This document shows positions 33,012 through 43,546 of a stretch of DNA of 64,000 nt, in pieces. The notes under the pieces are model-generated. The model saw only the letters and a list, made by a program, of their open reading frames with translations. It searched no databases and was not told where the DNA came from. The stretch is from Naegleria gruberi (taxonomy: Eukaryota). Position numbers and translations under genes: made by a program. How positions within the stretch are numbered: position 1 is the first letter of the stretch; each line of letters begins with the position of its first letter. Where the stretch lies: the NCBI GenBank assembly GCA_000004985.1, contig GG738881.1; one strand, written 5' to 3'.

Positions 33012-34526
33012 GTGGAAAGGAGAGAAATCAGAGAAATATTTCAACTCCACAACAAGTATCTGTTGCATCCATTACACGAAGAACCTGTAGCAGAGGAAAA
33101 AATTCAACTTGTTGAAGGGAAGCTTGGACAAAAGATACCTTTTTATTTGAGAGAGTTTATTAAATTATCGGATGGTAGAACTAATGATGACGGAAATGGT
33201 GACACTTCAAATGATATTTCTTCATTACATTGGAATAATTTCTTGAATAGATTTGATGAATGGAAAATAGGGGAGAGAGGATTGATACTTGCTTCTAAGC
33301 AATATGCAAACTTGTGGATTGACTGGGAAAATGGAAAATTGAGTCTTGATTCTGCAAATTCATGGAATGAAGGACCATTTACTATTATGAACTGGTTAAA
33401 GATGCCATCTGATACGATTAATCCATTTGATATGAACAATTTATGTAATGAATCGAATAGAATGGATTTGAAAACAATTTTAAGAGGTTACGGCTCTCTA
33501 TTTGAATTATTACCAGAAAATCTTCGAAATGACAGAGATATTGTTAAATCTGCTTTGGTTTCTTCTGGTTTAGCCTTTAATTTTGTGAGCAAAGAGATTG
33601 CAGAGGACCGTGAGATGGTAGAATGGTATTTCGAAAATGGAAACACTGATTTTAGATATATTTCTGATAAATTTAGAAAGGACAAGGGAATGATAATGAA
33701 ATATTCCACTAAGTGGTCAGATGCTGATATATCCCTTTTACAAGACAAGGAAGTGGCAATGCATTACTGTAGAAAGAATCAAATTCCAAATTAAATTATA
33801 TGTGAGGACCTGATTATTGAAGCTGCCAAATACGGACAAGAAAATTACTTTACAAAAGATCTATTTAGTAATGAACTTGTTTTCAAGCTACTCGATTATA
33901 TAATCCCAAAAGAAAGAGGAAACTTTTCGAGAGTTATTAAGGAAAATGAGCAAAAACTAGACGAAAAAGTATTGAAAAGAATTGCAGAATTGAATCCAAT
34001 CTTTGCCCTGCACAATCTGTCCCACGATGATGATGACGATGATATAATTCTAACAAAAGATCGTGTACTGACCTATATTAATGAAATTGAGGATGAAACT
34101 GTAAAAATTGACAGCTTACCATACAAATGGAGAAGAGACAGAGACGTGGCAAAAGCAGCCCTTTTACGAAACTTTGGAAATTATAATTATCTCGATCAAG
34201 AATTAATGACAGATGCAGAGTTTTTAAACCCAATACTCGAGATTTCAAAAGTCCCAATTTACCTTCTATTCACGCGCGATAGTCAATTTGCAAAGTTTAT
34301 CTGTTCCAATAAGGAATGTTTAAGGAAAATGTTAAAACGAAACCCTTCATTGCTCTGTTATGTTCCATGTGAGTTGGATGAGGAATTTGTTAATTCATTG
34401 GATTTTTATTCGTGTAATAGTACCATTGCTGAAATACTTTACAATTCCAAGTATGAAATTTATTGTAAAGTAGTGAAAAGGTTAAACTGTGCGAGAACGA
34501 ATCTTGACGAAAGGGGTTTAAATTAA
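33012..34526 (+). CDS. DUF4116-type repeat protein, paralogous to 1877-3496. The two track ORFs are one reading frame broken by a single TAA at 33792-33794. 5' end unresolved.
   Basis: Repeats LRNDRDIVKSALVSSGLAFNFVSKEIAEDREMV, FRKDKGMIMKYS, LQDKEVAMHYCRKNQIPN*IICEDLIIEAAKYGQENYF, WRRDRDVAKAALLRNFGNYNYLDQELMTDAEFLNPILEIS, LRKMLKRNPSLLCYV. The frame stays open from 33795 straight into the second ORF. The track's start at 33012 is GTG, and the first in-frame ATG is far downstream. Confidence 0.55.
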
Positions 34527-34692
34527 TGGAAACTAAACAAGGACAATTCGAAACACAACATGTTATTATCATGTATTATAAATACATCAGCGTGCTACAT
34601 CCAGATCAAGGGAGATTATACCTTCCATCTAATGACTTACCATAAAAGAAACAAATTAAATTTCGTTTAGGATAACAAAGTTTCCTTAAAAA

Positions 34693-37231
34693 ATGTCATC
34701 TTTACACCATCAATCCCCAGCTCAAGACGATAACTCTGCTCATAATCGAATAAATGTCTTGTTTGACACTTCTCTCGTAGTGTTTAATCACAACGAAGAT
34801 ACAGTAGACGAAACATCGGAAGAAATTAATATTTTCTTATGGATAAAGACGAAACTTCTCTCCACCATCCGAATGATAGTTTTCGACTATCAAGACAAGG
34901 AAAGATTAGAATTATTCAATAACAGACAAGAAATGCTCTCCAAACGTTTACCACTTTCAGGAATTTTTCATTTAATAATTCTCATTCTCCTGTCAATGAT
35001 AATCGAAAGGTCTGAAGGAGAAGAATCCATTTACTTGTTTCTTATATTGACTGTCATTGAATTCTTTGGAAATATTGGAGTAATTGTCTTGATTTTGAAA
35101 ATGGAATTGCCAATTCTTAATACGGAAATTTGTAATTATTGTAGATTAGTTGCAACTTGTATGATTCGATTGATTTTACAGATTTATTATGGACCATTGT
35201 TTCCTGTGTGGATTTTACAGGTTTATTCAATGATTATTGTGTTGAATGCTTATTATTTCAATAGGGGACCAGCTGTGATTAATTGTTTGATTGTTATTGT
35301 GTTGGGAGCTGTTTCGACTGTACTGAGTCATGTTATTCATTTCGAATATTTTGGAGATAGTTCAATAGAATTTGGACATGAAAGAGTTTGTCATCCGTGT
35401 CGACATTTTGAATATATTCATGAGAGCCAAGTTTCCAATCTTATTAAGGTCATTACATTGCAATCAGTTCTTTGTGGAATAGGTCTCTTATTTTCAGATG
35501 TTTCCATGGAACAGGATGAGAGAAATATTTCACAACAAGTAGAAATTGTCAAGGGAAGAATTTTGAATGAGGAAAAGACCAAATTTATTGGCCATTTGAG
35601 TCATGAAACAAGAAATCCACTCATGGGAAGTATGTTTTTAAATTGAATCGAATATATTTAATTAGCAATAATGATTAGTTATGGGAGCTGCTCAAATTCT
35701 GAAATTTGATTTGGAACAGCAAATGAAACGGAAGAATGTTGCTCTGCAGCATAAATCAATTGTTGAGAAAGTGGATGATATTTACAATAGCTCTGTATTG
35801 TTGTTGCAAATATTGTCAACTTCATTGCAGATTAGTTCTTCAGAGATGGGTGGAGTTCACTTGCAGGGAAGTGAATTTAACATGTTGGAGCTGGTAGAAA
35901 CGATTTGCTCAGTGTTTAGTTCAATTGCTGTGGATAGAGGCATTTCTTTGCAATCTTTTATTGATATTGTGAATATTCCAGATATGATTTATGGAGATAA
36001 TACAAGAGTTTCACAAATATTGATGAATTTTGTTTCGAATAGTTTGAAATATACTCCTAATAAGGGGTCAGTTACTGTAAAATGCACTGTTTCAACTCAA
36101 GAAGAGTTGAACGAGTTTAGAATTGATAAGAAGAAAACTAGTGAACTCATGATGTGTTATCCTGCCGAAAAGTTAGATGTGAATGATTTGATATTTATAA
36201 CCTTTACATGTGCTGATAGTGGATGTGGAATGAATTCCAATCAAATTATCAACCTTTTTTCGAGTAATCAACAGGCCAATCCTTCCATGAGGCCTACTTC
36301 TAGGGCTAGACGAACAGGAAATGATCAATTTATTGAGAGTCATGGGTTTGGATTGAAAATCTCAAAGCATTTGATTGATTTAATGAATGGTAAGATTCAT
36401 ATTAGTAGTGAAATCGGAAAGGGGACAACTATTAAGATTATCATTCCTTTCTTCAAACAGGATAAGAAAGGTATGATTCTCGAGGAACAAATTGAACAAT
36501 TGAGAAATATTTCAAAAGAGAAGGAACTATCCCAAGTTACTGTATCTTTGCTGGATCAAAATAGGATATTAATTAAATATTTGGAATATCTACTTCCAAA
36601 TAATGTAATGATAATCGAGTCAGATGTTGAAAGGGAAGAATCTATGCAAGTGAAAACGATTGATAGAAATTGCTCAGTTTCTCTATTGTCAAAAGGTGAC
36701 ACTACCTCATTGAATTATGAAACTCTATTCCTAGCAAGACCTTTCAAGGTGAAAGATATAATTTCAGTATTGATTGAAAGCATGGCTGGAGATTTTGAAA
36801 TCAACAGTTCAGAAACAGGTTCAGAAATTACAAAGATTCGATCGAGTCGTTCTCTTGACTCATTCACATGCAATATTCTTGTGGTGGATGATAATTCAAT
36901 TAATAGAAAGGTTGTGCACAGATTGTTACAAATTATTGGATATGAGAACATTGATTTTGCTGTGGATGGTCTGCAAGCATTCGAGAAGTTCAAATTGTCC
37001 AACTTCCAGTTTGTATTGATGGATCTAGAAATGCCCAACATGAATGGAAAGGAATCTTGCGAATTAATGAGAAAGTTTGAAATGGAAACCAAACGAAATA
37101 GGGCTGAAATTTTTGCAGTAACTGGAGACATGACACAATCTATGGCAACTTGTGCTGATTTTGATAATATTCTATTCAAGCCAATTTCCAAAGATTCCCT
37201 CAGTTTGACTCTCAATAAGAACACTGACTAA
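34693..37231 (+). CDS. Membrane-bound hybrid sensor histidine kinase (TM sensor region, HisKA, HATPase_c, REC receiver), 2 exons: 34693-35629 and 35679-37231.
   Basis: aaaaATG start. N-terminal ~230 aa has 5-6 hydrophobic helices. H-box FIGHLSHETRNPLMG | (GTATGT...gattag, 49-nt intron, phase 1) | IMGAAQILKF. N-box region (ILMNFVSNSLKYTPNKGSV), G-box GFGLKISKHLIDLMNGKIHISSEIGKGTTIKIIIPF. Receiver ILVVDDNSINRKVVHRLLQIIGYENIDFAVDGLQAFEKF...FVLMDLEMPNMNGKES...IFAVTGDM...FKPISKDSL. Confidence 0.8.
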
Positions 37232-37250
37232 TTTATGTACATATTGAGGT

Positions 37251-39450
37251 TTATTCATCGTGATGGAAAAAGTCATCATCAAATTCGGTGGCGCCAAAAA
37301 CGTCTCTATCAGAATCTGGGAACTCGAAAACATTATCAATATTTGGAGTTTCTGATAATTGGTTTTGGGTATTGCTGTTACTATTTGTAACACTTGGTGT
37401 ATTGGAATCGAGAATTGTTGGTGTTGAAGTTCCTGTTGCTGAATTATTGGTAACTGGAGTACTATTTGAGATTTGTCTATTCATGTCAGTATTATTAACG
37501 TTCATACTATTTGATGTGGTTGATTGCTCATCGTTCAATAAAGATCGTAACTTTTCTTCCACATCTCTACCAACTTTAACTAGAGGGGATTTCAGGAAAT
37601 TTTGAATGGTTTGTTTGGCTTGAGGGGTGGTTGTGGAAACTGGTGCTGGAGAACTCAGCAAATGAGTTATCATTTGAGAAATTTCAGTTCCAGCAGGTCC
37701 ATTAGTGTTAAACATGTTAGGCATATTGGAGTTTGAATCAGTTTCATTTCCAAGTCCAAGATTAACATTCATTTGTTGTTGCTTTTGTGGAGAGAGTGTA
37801 TTAGTACTGTTAAAGTTTGTTTGTTGTGGGTTTGTTGGTTGTTGTTGTTGTTGTCTGTACATGTTTTGTTGTTGTTGAGCAAAATTCAACACTGCATTAT
37901 TATTCATATTTTGTGGAATCATACCATTATTGGTTTGTTGAAAATTATTGATTCCAAGTACTGCTGCATTTTGAAGGTTAATACCAAAATTACCAGCGCC
38001 ATTAACGCCTGGATACACAAATGCTCCATTGTTTGTACTCATACCATTATTGACTTGAATGGTATTTGGTTGATTTGGAATCATTGTGAATGCATTTTGA
38101 CTGGTAACTGGTGAAGATGCAGAATTGTAAGGTGATTGAATATTTCCAGACATAATGCCAATACCTCCCATTGGTTGTTGTACACTAATCATTGAACCAC
38201 CTGTTGGTGTGGATGGCATTTGATTAACAGTGTTATTTTGAACAAGTAAACCTTGTTGTTGCATCATGCTTGCTTGTTCTTTAACCAGTTGATTGAATTG
38301 TGAAATTTGTTCCTTGATCAATAACCTAGTATTGTAAGCTTTGAAAAATTCAGGATTTTGTTGTTCTAATTTGCACCACATCAAGTTAATAAAGGCTCGT
38401 TCAATATTCTCGTATTTCTTACATAAAAAATCCATTGTCTCTTCTTTTGAAAGATAAAGCTTTAGGCATTGCTCAATCAATTGTTGTACCAATTTGATTT
38501 GCTCAACAGAGAATCTTCTCATTCCGTTGGCAGACATACCTGATTGTGTATTTGTTGTTGTATTGGTATTTGATGACAAAACTCCTCCACTATTATTACT
38601 AAGAGGTGTAGTTGATCGTTGCTGTGCTGACATGGTAATTGTATTTGGAACAGTACCACCAGTCATTTGACTCATAGGAGTTGATGGATTTCCCATGTTT
38701 GTCATATTATTCATGTTATTCATAGCATTTACATTGGACATATTCATATTGGCCATGTTTGTCATATTCATGTTATTAATATTCATCGTGTTGGCATCCA
38801 TACCATTGGTAAAACCTCCCATCATTTGTTGTTCGTTGCTAATCATACCATTACCATTAGTTTGTTGCACAATGGTTGTATTATTTGGCATTACTTGCTT
38901 TCCAGGATTTCTTAGATTATTATTGTTGTTTGGGGTGGTTAGTTGTTGTTGTAGGAATTGTAATAAATAGTTACTAGGGTCATTATTATTGTTCATGTTT
39001 TGCATTGGTATATTATTGTTTTGTACGTTCATGTTCATATTCATATTCATAGCTTGGCCATTGGCATTGTTGAGAGGTGTTTGTCCGTTCATCAAGTTAT
39101 TATTATTATTTTGATTCATAGGTTGCTATTGTTATTTTGTTGTTTTACAGTGGTTGGATGATGACATAGTCCACCAAGGAGATGAAATAGATTAATAAAT
39201 GTTAAATAACACTATTACTATTTGAAATACTTACTTGAAGAGCCCTGAACGTGTTGAAGAGTTGTTGGTTGTTTGCCATATTGTTCATGTTATTTGGCAT
39301 TGGATTTGCAACAACTGCTGGATTCATACCCATTTGCATATTTCTATTAACATTGTTGTTATTATTCATGAATGCATTGAAAAGGTGTTGTTGTTGTGGA
39401 TTGAGAACATTGACAATATCGTTGATTGCTTGTGGTGGAATATTACTCAT
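37251..39450 (-). CDS. Asn/Gln-rich low-complexity protein with a conserved central helical domain, 2 exons: 39450-39235 and 39125-37251 (about 695 aa).
   Basis: ATG at 39450. Exon 1 ends ...LFNTFRALQ | GTAAGT; a 109-nt intron ends aacaatag; exon 2 begins QPMNQNNNNNLMNGQ.... Extreme N/Q/M composition (NMNMNMNVQNNN, QQQQQPTNPQQTN). Non-repetitive core ...FSVEQIKLVQQLIEQCLKLYLSKEETMDFLCKKYENIERAFINLMWCKLEQQNPEFFKAYNTRLLIKEQISQFNQLVKEQ. Confidence 0.65.
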
Positions 39451-41004
39451 TGTGTGTTGATCGTAGATTGTTGAGGGAAAGGAAGTGTCGAATTCAGCTA
39501 TATATGAATAGTCGTTGTAGCAGTATGGGAGTTAATAATTGGATGAATTATTAGAGTAGTGGCAAGGGAATAAAGTGATGATGGAAGTTAATGGTATTTA
39601 AAAACTAATGGAACTGCACTGTCAAAAGGAATAATAATTATTACTAATCAATTTGTTGTTGATGTTGTATGTATAACAGGTAGATGGAAGAGAAAAAGAG
39701 CTGTTTGGTGATGACTTGTATTTGTCAGTTTAAAACAGCAGGGTAATTTTACTACTACAACAAAGGCGAAAGGGATGACGATATCAAATATATATCTATT
39801 GCTACTGCTTCTACAAAACACTAATGATGACAATGTTCACTCTAGATTCTCTGAATACAGTCCAAATCAACTATGATAACGGCGCGGTGAGTAGTTTACT
39901 TGTTGTGATGACGAATGGTTGGTTGCTTTTCGCTGCCTTTCACCCGCTGCTGTTGTTGAAGTGGGGTAGTGTGATTTTTTTTTGTAACCTTGTTGGAACA
40001 AGTTTATCATCTTGCTTCAAAAAGGCAACATAAATAGTATTAAAAATTGCTTACTTGATATTGAAAATATCATCATCTTTCATAGGCTTAGAGAGATTTT
40101 CAAGCTATTTGTCTAAGAGAACTTTTCATCTAGTATTTGTGTCTGATGAGGATTTTGGCCTTATTCGTTTGCTGATAGTTTTTTTGGCGCACTTCAGATT
40201 GTATTAAAATAGGTAAAGACAACAATCATCATCAGCTGGAACAATTGAAAAAACGCTGCAACTTCTTCTTGAGCCTTAGCTGTTCGCGAGTTTGTTGTTT
40301 CAAAGCACGATCTTGTGGCGAGGATTATTAGATGAACAGTTTCTTGGAGCGAAGAAGTTGTGATAAGATCGGAAATGATGAGAATGGGGCAAAATAAACT
40401 ATTGATTGGTTTGATTGGTAATTAATCATTTAAGGTGAGTGAATATGTAGGAGTTGTACCTAAGAAATATTATAATGTTATCTTGATTTTTGTTTTAAAA
40501 AGATGATTTATTAATTACACAAGTTGTTGAATTATGTTCAACTTTATTGAAGGGGTTGTTCGAAAAGCATACACGTTGCACTCCAGTTCTTTAATCTACT
40601 CCCATGTGCCAAATCTCAACCTGTTTGCTCATCCTCAAATAATCTCTCTTTAGTACAATTAAGGAGTTAAACAATTAATCCAGAATACTAATTTACTGTG
40701 TGCCTAAACTTTACACAACAAACATCACTTTAAAATCCATTAGATTTTATCAAGATCTCCTTGAGTGTGTAACCATTTACACAACCAAATTCAAACCAAA
40801 GTGCTTTACTGCTCCTATTTCTTTGAAATTGTTTCCAAACGAGCTTAGGTTTCTTGCAGAATCCTTAACCGGAGTTCAAGCTCCATCTCCGCATTAGCAC
40901 GGCTCGCTAATTTCACTTGTTTAGATTTTGCTTTAAAACTGTTTGATTGGTGGAAAATCTTCTCAAAAACAACAAGAAAAAAATACTCCACACATCAAAT
41001 AATC

Positions 41005-43546
41005 ATGTCAACTATCTCCGTATCACCTTCTGGTAATCCACAGTTTAATGTTGATCTTTGGAAAAACCGTTTAAATACTCACATGCAATTTTTGATCGCT
41101 ATTGGTCAACAAGTTGACTTGTACTTTGCACCAGACAAATTGCAAGACATGGTTAAATTGTACAACATGATGATTCCTCTCGTTTCCAAACATGGATCAC
41201 AAAATGTTTGGCTTCCAGAGTGTGTACAGTGGATTTTCCATTGCCACTTGTTGCATCCTATCGATTTCATGAAGGATTGCGAGTCAAACTTTGGACATTT
41301 GATTTTGTACAATACTCAAGCTCACATGTTAAATTCTGAACAAACAATGAAATGGTTTGAAGAGATGCACCAAGTCAATTTTGAAAATTGTTTGGATCAT
41401 TATGATGAATTGATTGCAAGAGAGAATTCAACTGTTTTCAAGCCATCAAGAGATTTGATTAAGGCTGCTCTCAACCAAAAGACTTTTACCACTCAATGTA
41501 AGCAAGTTTTTGGTGAATCTATTGAAAGCTCCACCCAAATTCAATACATGCTCGACAAGTACTTCAAGTTTATTGTGGCTATCAAGTCAATCATGATTAA
41601 GAGTGATGAACAGAGCTCTGAATTGGAATTCATGTTGGTTCCTACATTGGAAATTGATTTGGTTTGGCATACCCATTTGAGATATCCATATGATTACTTG
41701 ACATTTGTTAAGGAACAAACTGGTTATTTATTGAACCACGAAGATGATTTGGATTCTTTGGATGAAGAATTTGAAATGACCAAAACTTTCTGGAAGAAAC
41801 AATTCAATGAAGATTACGTGAGAACTAACCAACCAGTTGAAAATTCCATGACCCAAAAGGGAGAATGTTGCAATGTTGCCAAGGAAAATATGAATATTGA
41901 AGTATTGTCAACTGAATCCATGACTCAAAAGGGTGATTGTTGTAACATTGCCAAGCAAAACTCCTCTCAACAAATCATTCCAGTAATGAATCAAAAGGGA
42001 GAATGTTGTAATTTAGCCAAACAAAATGTAAATATGCCAATTCTCCAACCATCAATGACTCAAAAAGGTGATTGTTGTAACATTGCTAAGGATAACATCA
42101 ACAGTGAAATTCCAACTCTTGCCATGAATCAAAAGGGAGAATGTTGCAATGTTGCCAAGCAAAACCTCAATGGTGAAGTGCTTCCACCTTCTATGAATCA
42201 AAAAGGAGAGTGTTGTAATGTTGCAAAGATGAATTTGAACGAACCAGTTCTTCAACCATCAATGACTCAAAAGGGAGAATGCTGTAACGTAGCCAAACAA
42301 AATATTGATAAAGAAGTCCTTCCAGTCGGTATGAATCAAAAGGGTGAATGTTGCAATGTAGCTAAACACAACCTTAATGAACCAGTTCTCCAACTTTCCA
42401 TGAATCAAAAGGGAGAGTGTTGTAATGTTGCCAAGAATAATCTTAATGGACCAGTTCTTCAACCATCAATGACCCAAAAGGGTGATTGTTGTAACATTGC
42501 CAAGGATAACGTTAATCGGGAAATTCCAACTCTTGGAATGAATCAAAAGGGAGAATGTTGCAATGTTGCCAAGATGAATTTGAACGAGCCAGTTCTCCAA
42601 CCTGCCATGACCCAAAAGGGTGATTGTTGCAACATTGCCAAACACAATGTTGATATGGAAATTCCAACTCTTGGAATGAATCAAAAAGGTGATTGTTGCA
42701 ATGTAGCCAAACAAAATATTGATAAGGAAGTTCTTCCAGTCGGTATGAATCAAAAGGGTGATTGTTGCAATATTGCCAAGGACAATATCAATCGTGAAAT
42801 TCCAATTCTTGGAATGAATCAAAAGGGAGAATGCTGCAATGTAGCTAAACACAATTTGAACGAACCAGTTCTCCAACTTTCCATGAATCAAAAGGGAGAG
42901 TGTTGTAATGTTGCCAAGACGAACTTTGAACGAGCCAGTTCTCCAACCTGCAATGACCCAAAAGGGAGATTGCTGCAACATTGCCAAACACAATGTTGAT
43001 ATGGAAATTCCATCTCTTGGAATGAATCAAAAAGGTGATTGTTGCAATGTAGCCAAACAAAATATTGATAAGGAAGTCCTTCCAGTTGGTATGAATCAAA
43101 AGGGTGAATGTTGCAATGTTGCCAAACACAACCTTAATGAACCAGTTCTCCAACTTTCTATGAATCAAAAAGGAGAGTGTTGTAATGTTGCAAAGATGAA
43201 TTTGAACGAACCAGTTCTTCAACCATCAATGACCCAAAAGGGTGATTGCTGTAATATTGCTAAGGATAACATTAACAGTGAAATTCCATCTCTTGGAATG
43301 AATCAAAAAGGTGATTGTTGCAATATTGCCAAGATGAATTTGAATGCTGACATTATTCCACTCATGATGACTCAAAAGGGTGATTGCTGTAATTTGGCCA
43401 AGCAAAATGAAATGTTGCCAATTCTCGATCTTGGAATGAATCAAAAAGGAGAATGTTGCAATTTGGCCAAACAAAACGCCACTTGTGTCCTTCTCAGAGT
43501 TGGTCATTTGGAAATTCCAATCCTCAAGCCAGCTTTTGCCTTTTAA
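41005..43546 (+). CDS. Novel protein: ~280-aa N-terminal domain (possibly GRDP/DUF1399-like, contains DLVWHTHLRYPYDY), then about 24 tandem 23-aa repeats M[TN]QKG[DE]CCN[IV]AKxN[IL][ND]xE[IV][LP]x[LP]x. The reading frame is broken by a 1-nt insertion near 42921.
   Basis: ATG at 41005. Unique region to about 41847, then near-identical 69-bp repeats to about 43490, two Cys per repeat. Track ORF 41005-42999 and ORF 42908-43546 are consecutive frames of the same repeat array. The copy at 42915-42930 reads aagacgaactttgaacg, where all other copies read aagatgaatttgaacg. Ends ...CNLAKQNATCVLLRVGHLEIPILKPAFAF*. Confidence 0.6.
41848..43490 (+). repeat. Coding tandem repeat: 69-bp unit, about 24 copies, two alternating sub-types (TQKGDCCNIAKDNIN.EIP.LG and NQKGECCNVAK.NLNEPVLQ.S).
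   Basis: Direct reading. Near-identical 69-mers recur (e.g. atgaatcaaaagggagaatgttgcaatgttgccaa...). Confidence 0.85.

Noticed and set aside
33002-33095. Tried to attach an ATG-initiated 5' exon (ATG 33002, MSRCGKERNQRNISTPQQ) to DUF4116 gene B via a 35-nt intron.
   Set aside because: On re-reading, the sequence is caacaagtatc (a single g). The only GT donor gives the wrong phase, so the splice does not join the frames. The 5' end of this gene remains unresolved.
37288-38970. Plus-strand ORFs antisense to the N/Q-rich gene, and other 60-100-aa antisense ORFs in the track (e.g. within the P4-ATPase, the sirtuin region, the prominin-like gene).
   Set aside because: Short, no ATG context or motifs, and entirely nested in better-supported genes on the opposite strand. 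AT-rich, stop-poor frames opposite N/Q codons are expected by chance.
40850-40900. tRNA-like T-arm resemblance (ggagttcaagctcc) in the long intergenic region.
   Set aside because: No cloverleaf can be built. Acceptor and D-arm pairing are absent, and the 3' flank lacks a matching acceptor stem. Nothing else in the window passed a visual tRNA check.
41848-43490. Considered whether the regular 69-bp repeats could be a CRISPR-like array or a satellite.
   Set aside because: The repeats are in-frame and coding, with conserved amino-acid motifs and no unique spacers. The surrounding genome is eukaryotic, with spliceosomal introns.
42052-43507. Series of minus-strand ORFs (60-175 aa) antisense to the CC-repeat array.
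   Set aside because: They are mirror-image artefacts of a long, stop-free tandem repeat. The periodic antisense peptides (GNITTLSLLIHGKLENW...) simply follow the 69-bp period, and the sense strand has the clear ATG, unique N-domain and codon usage.
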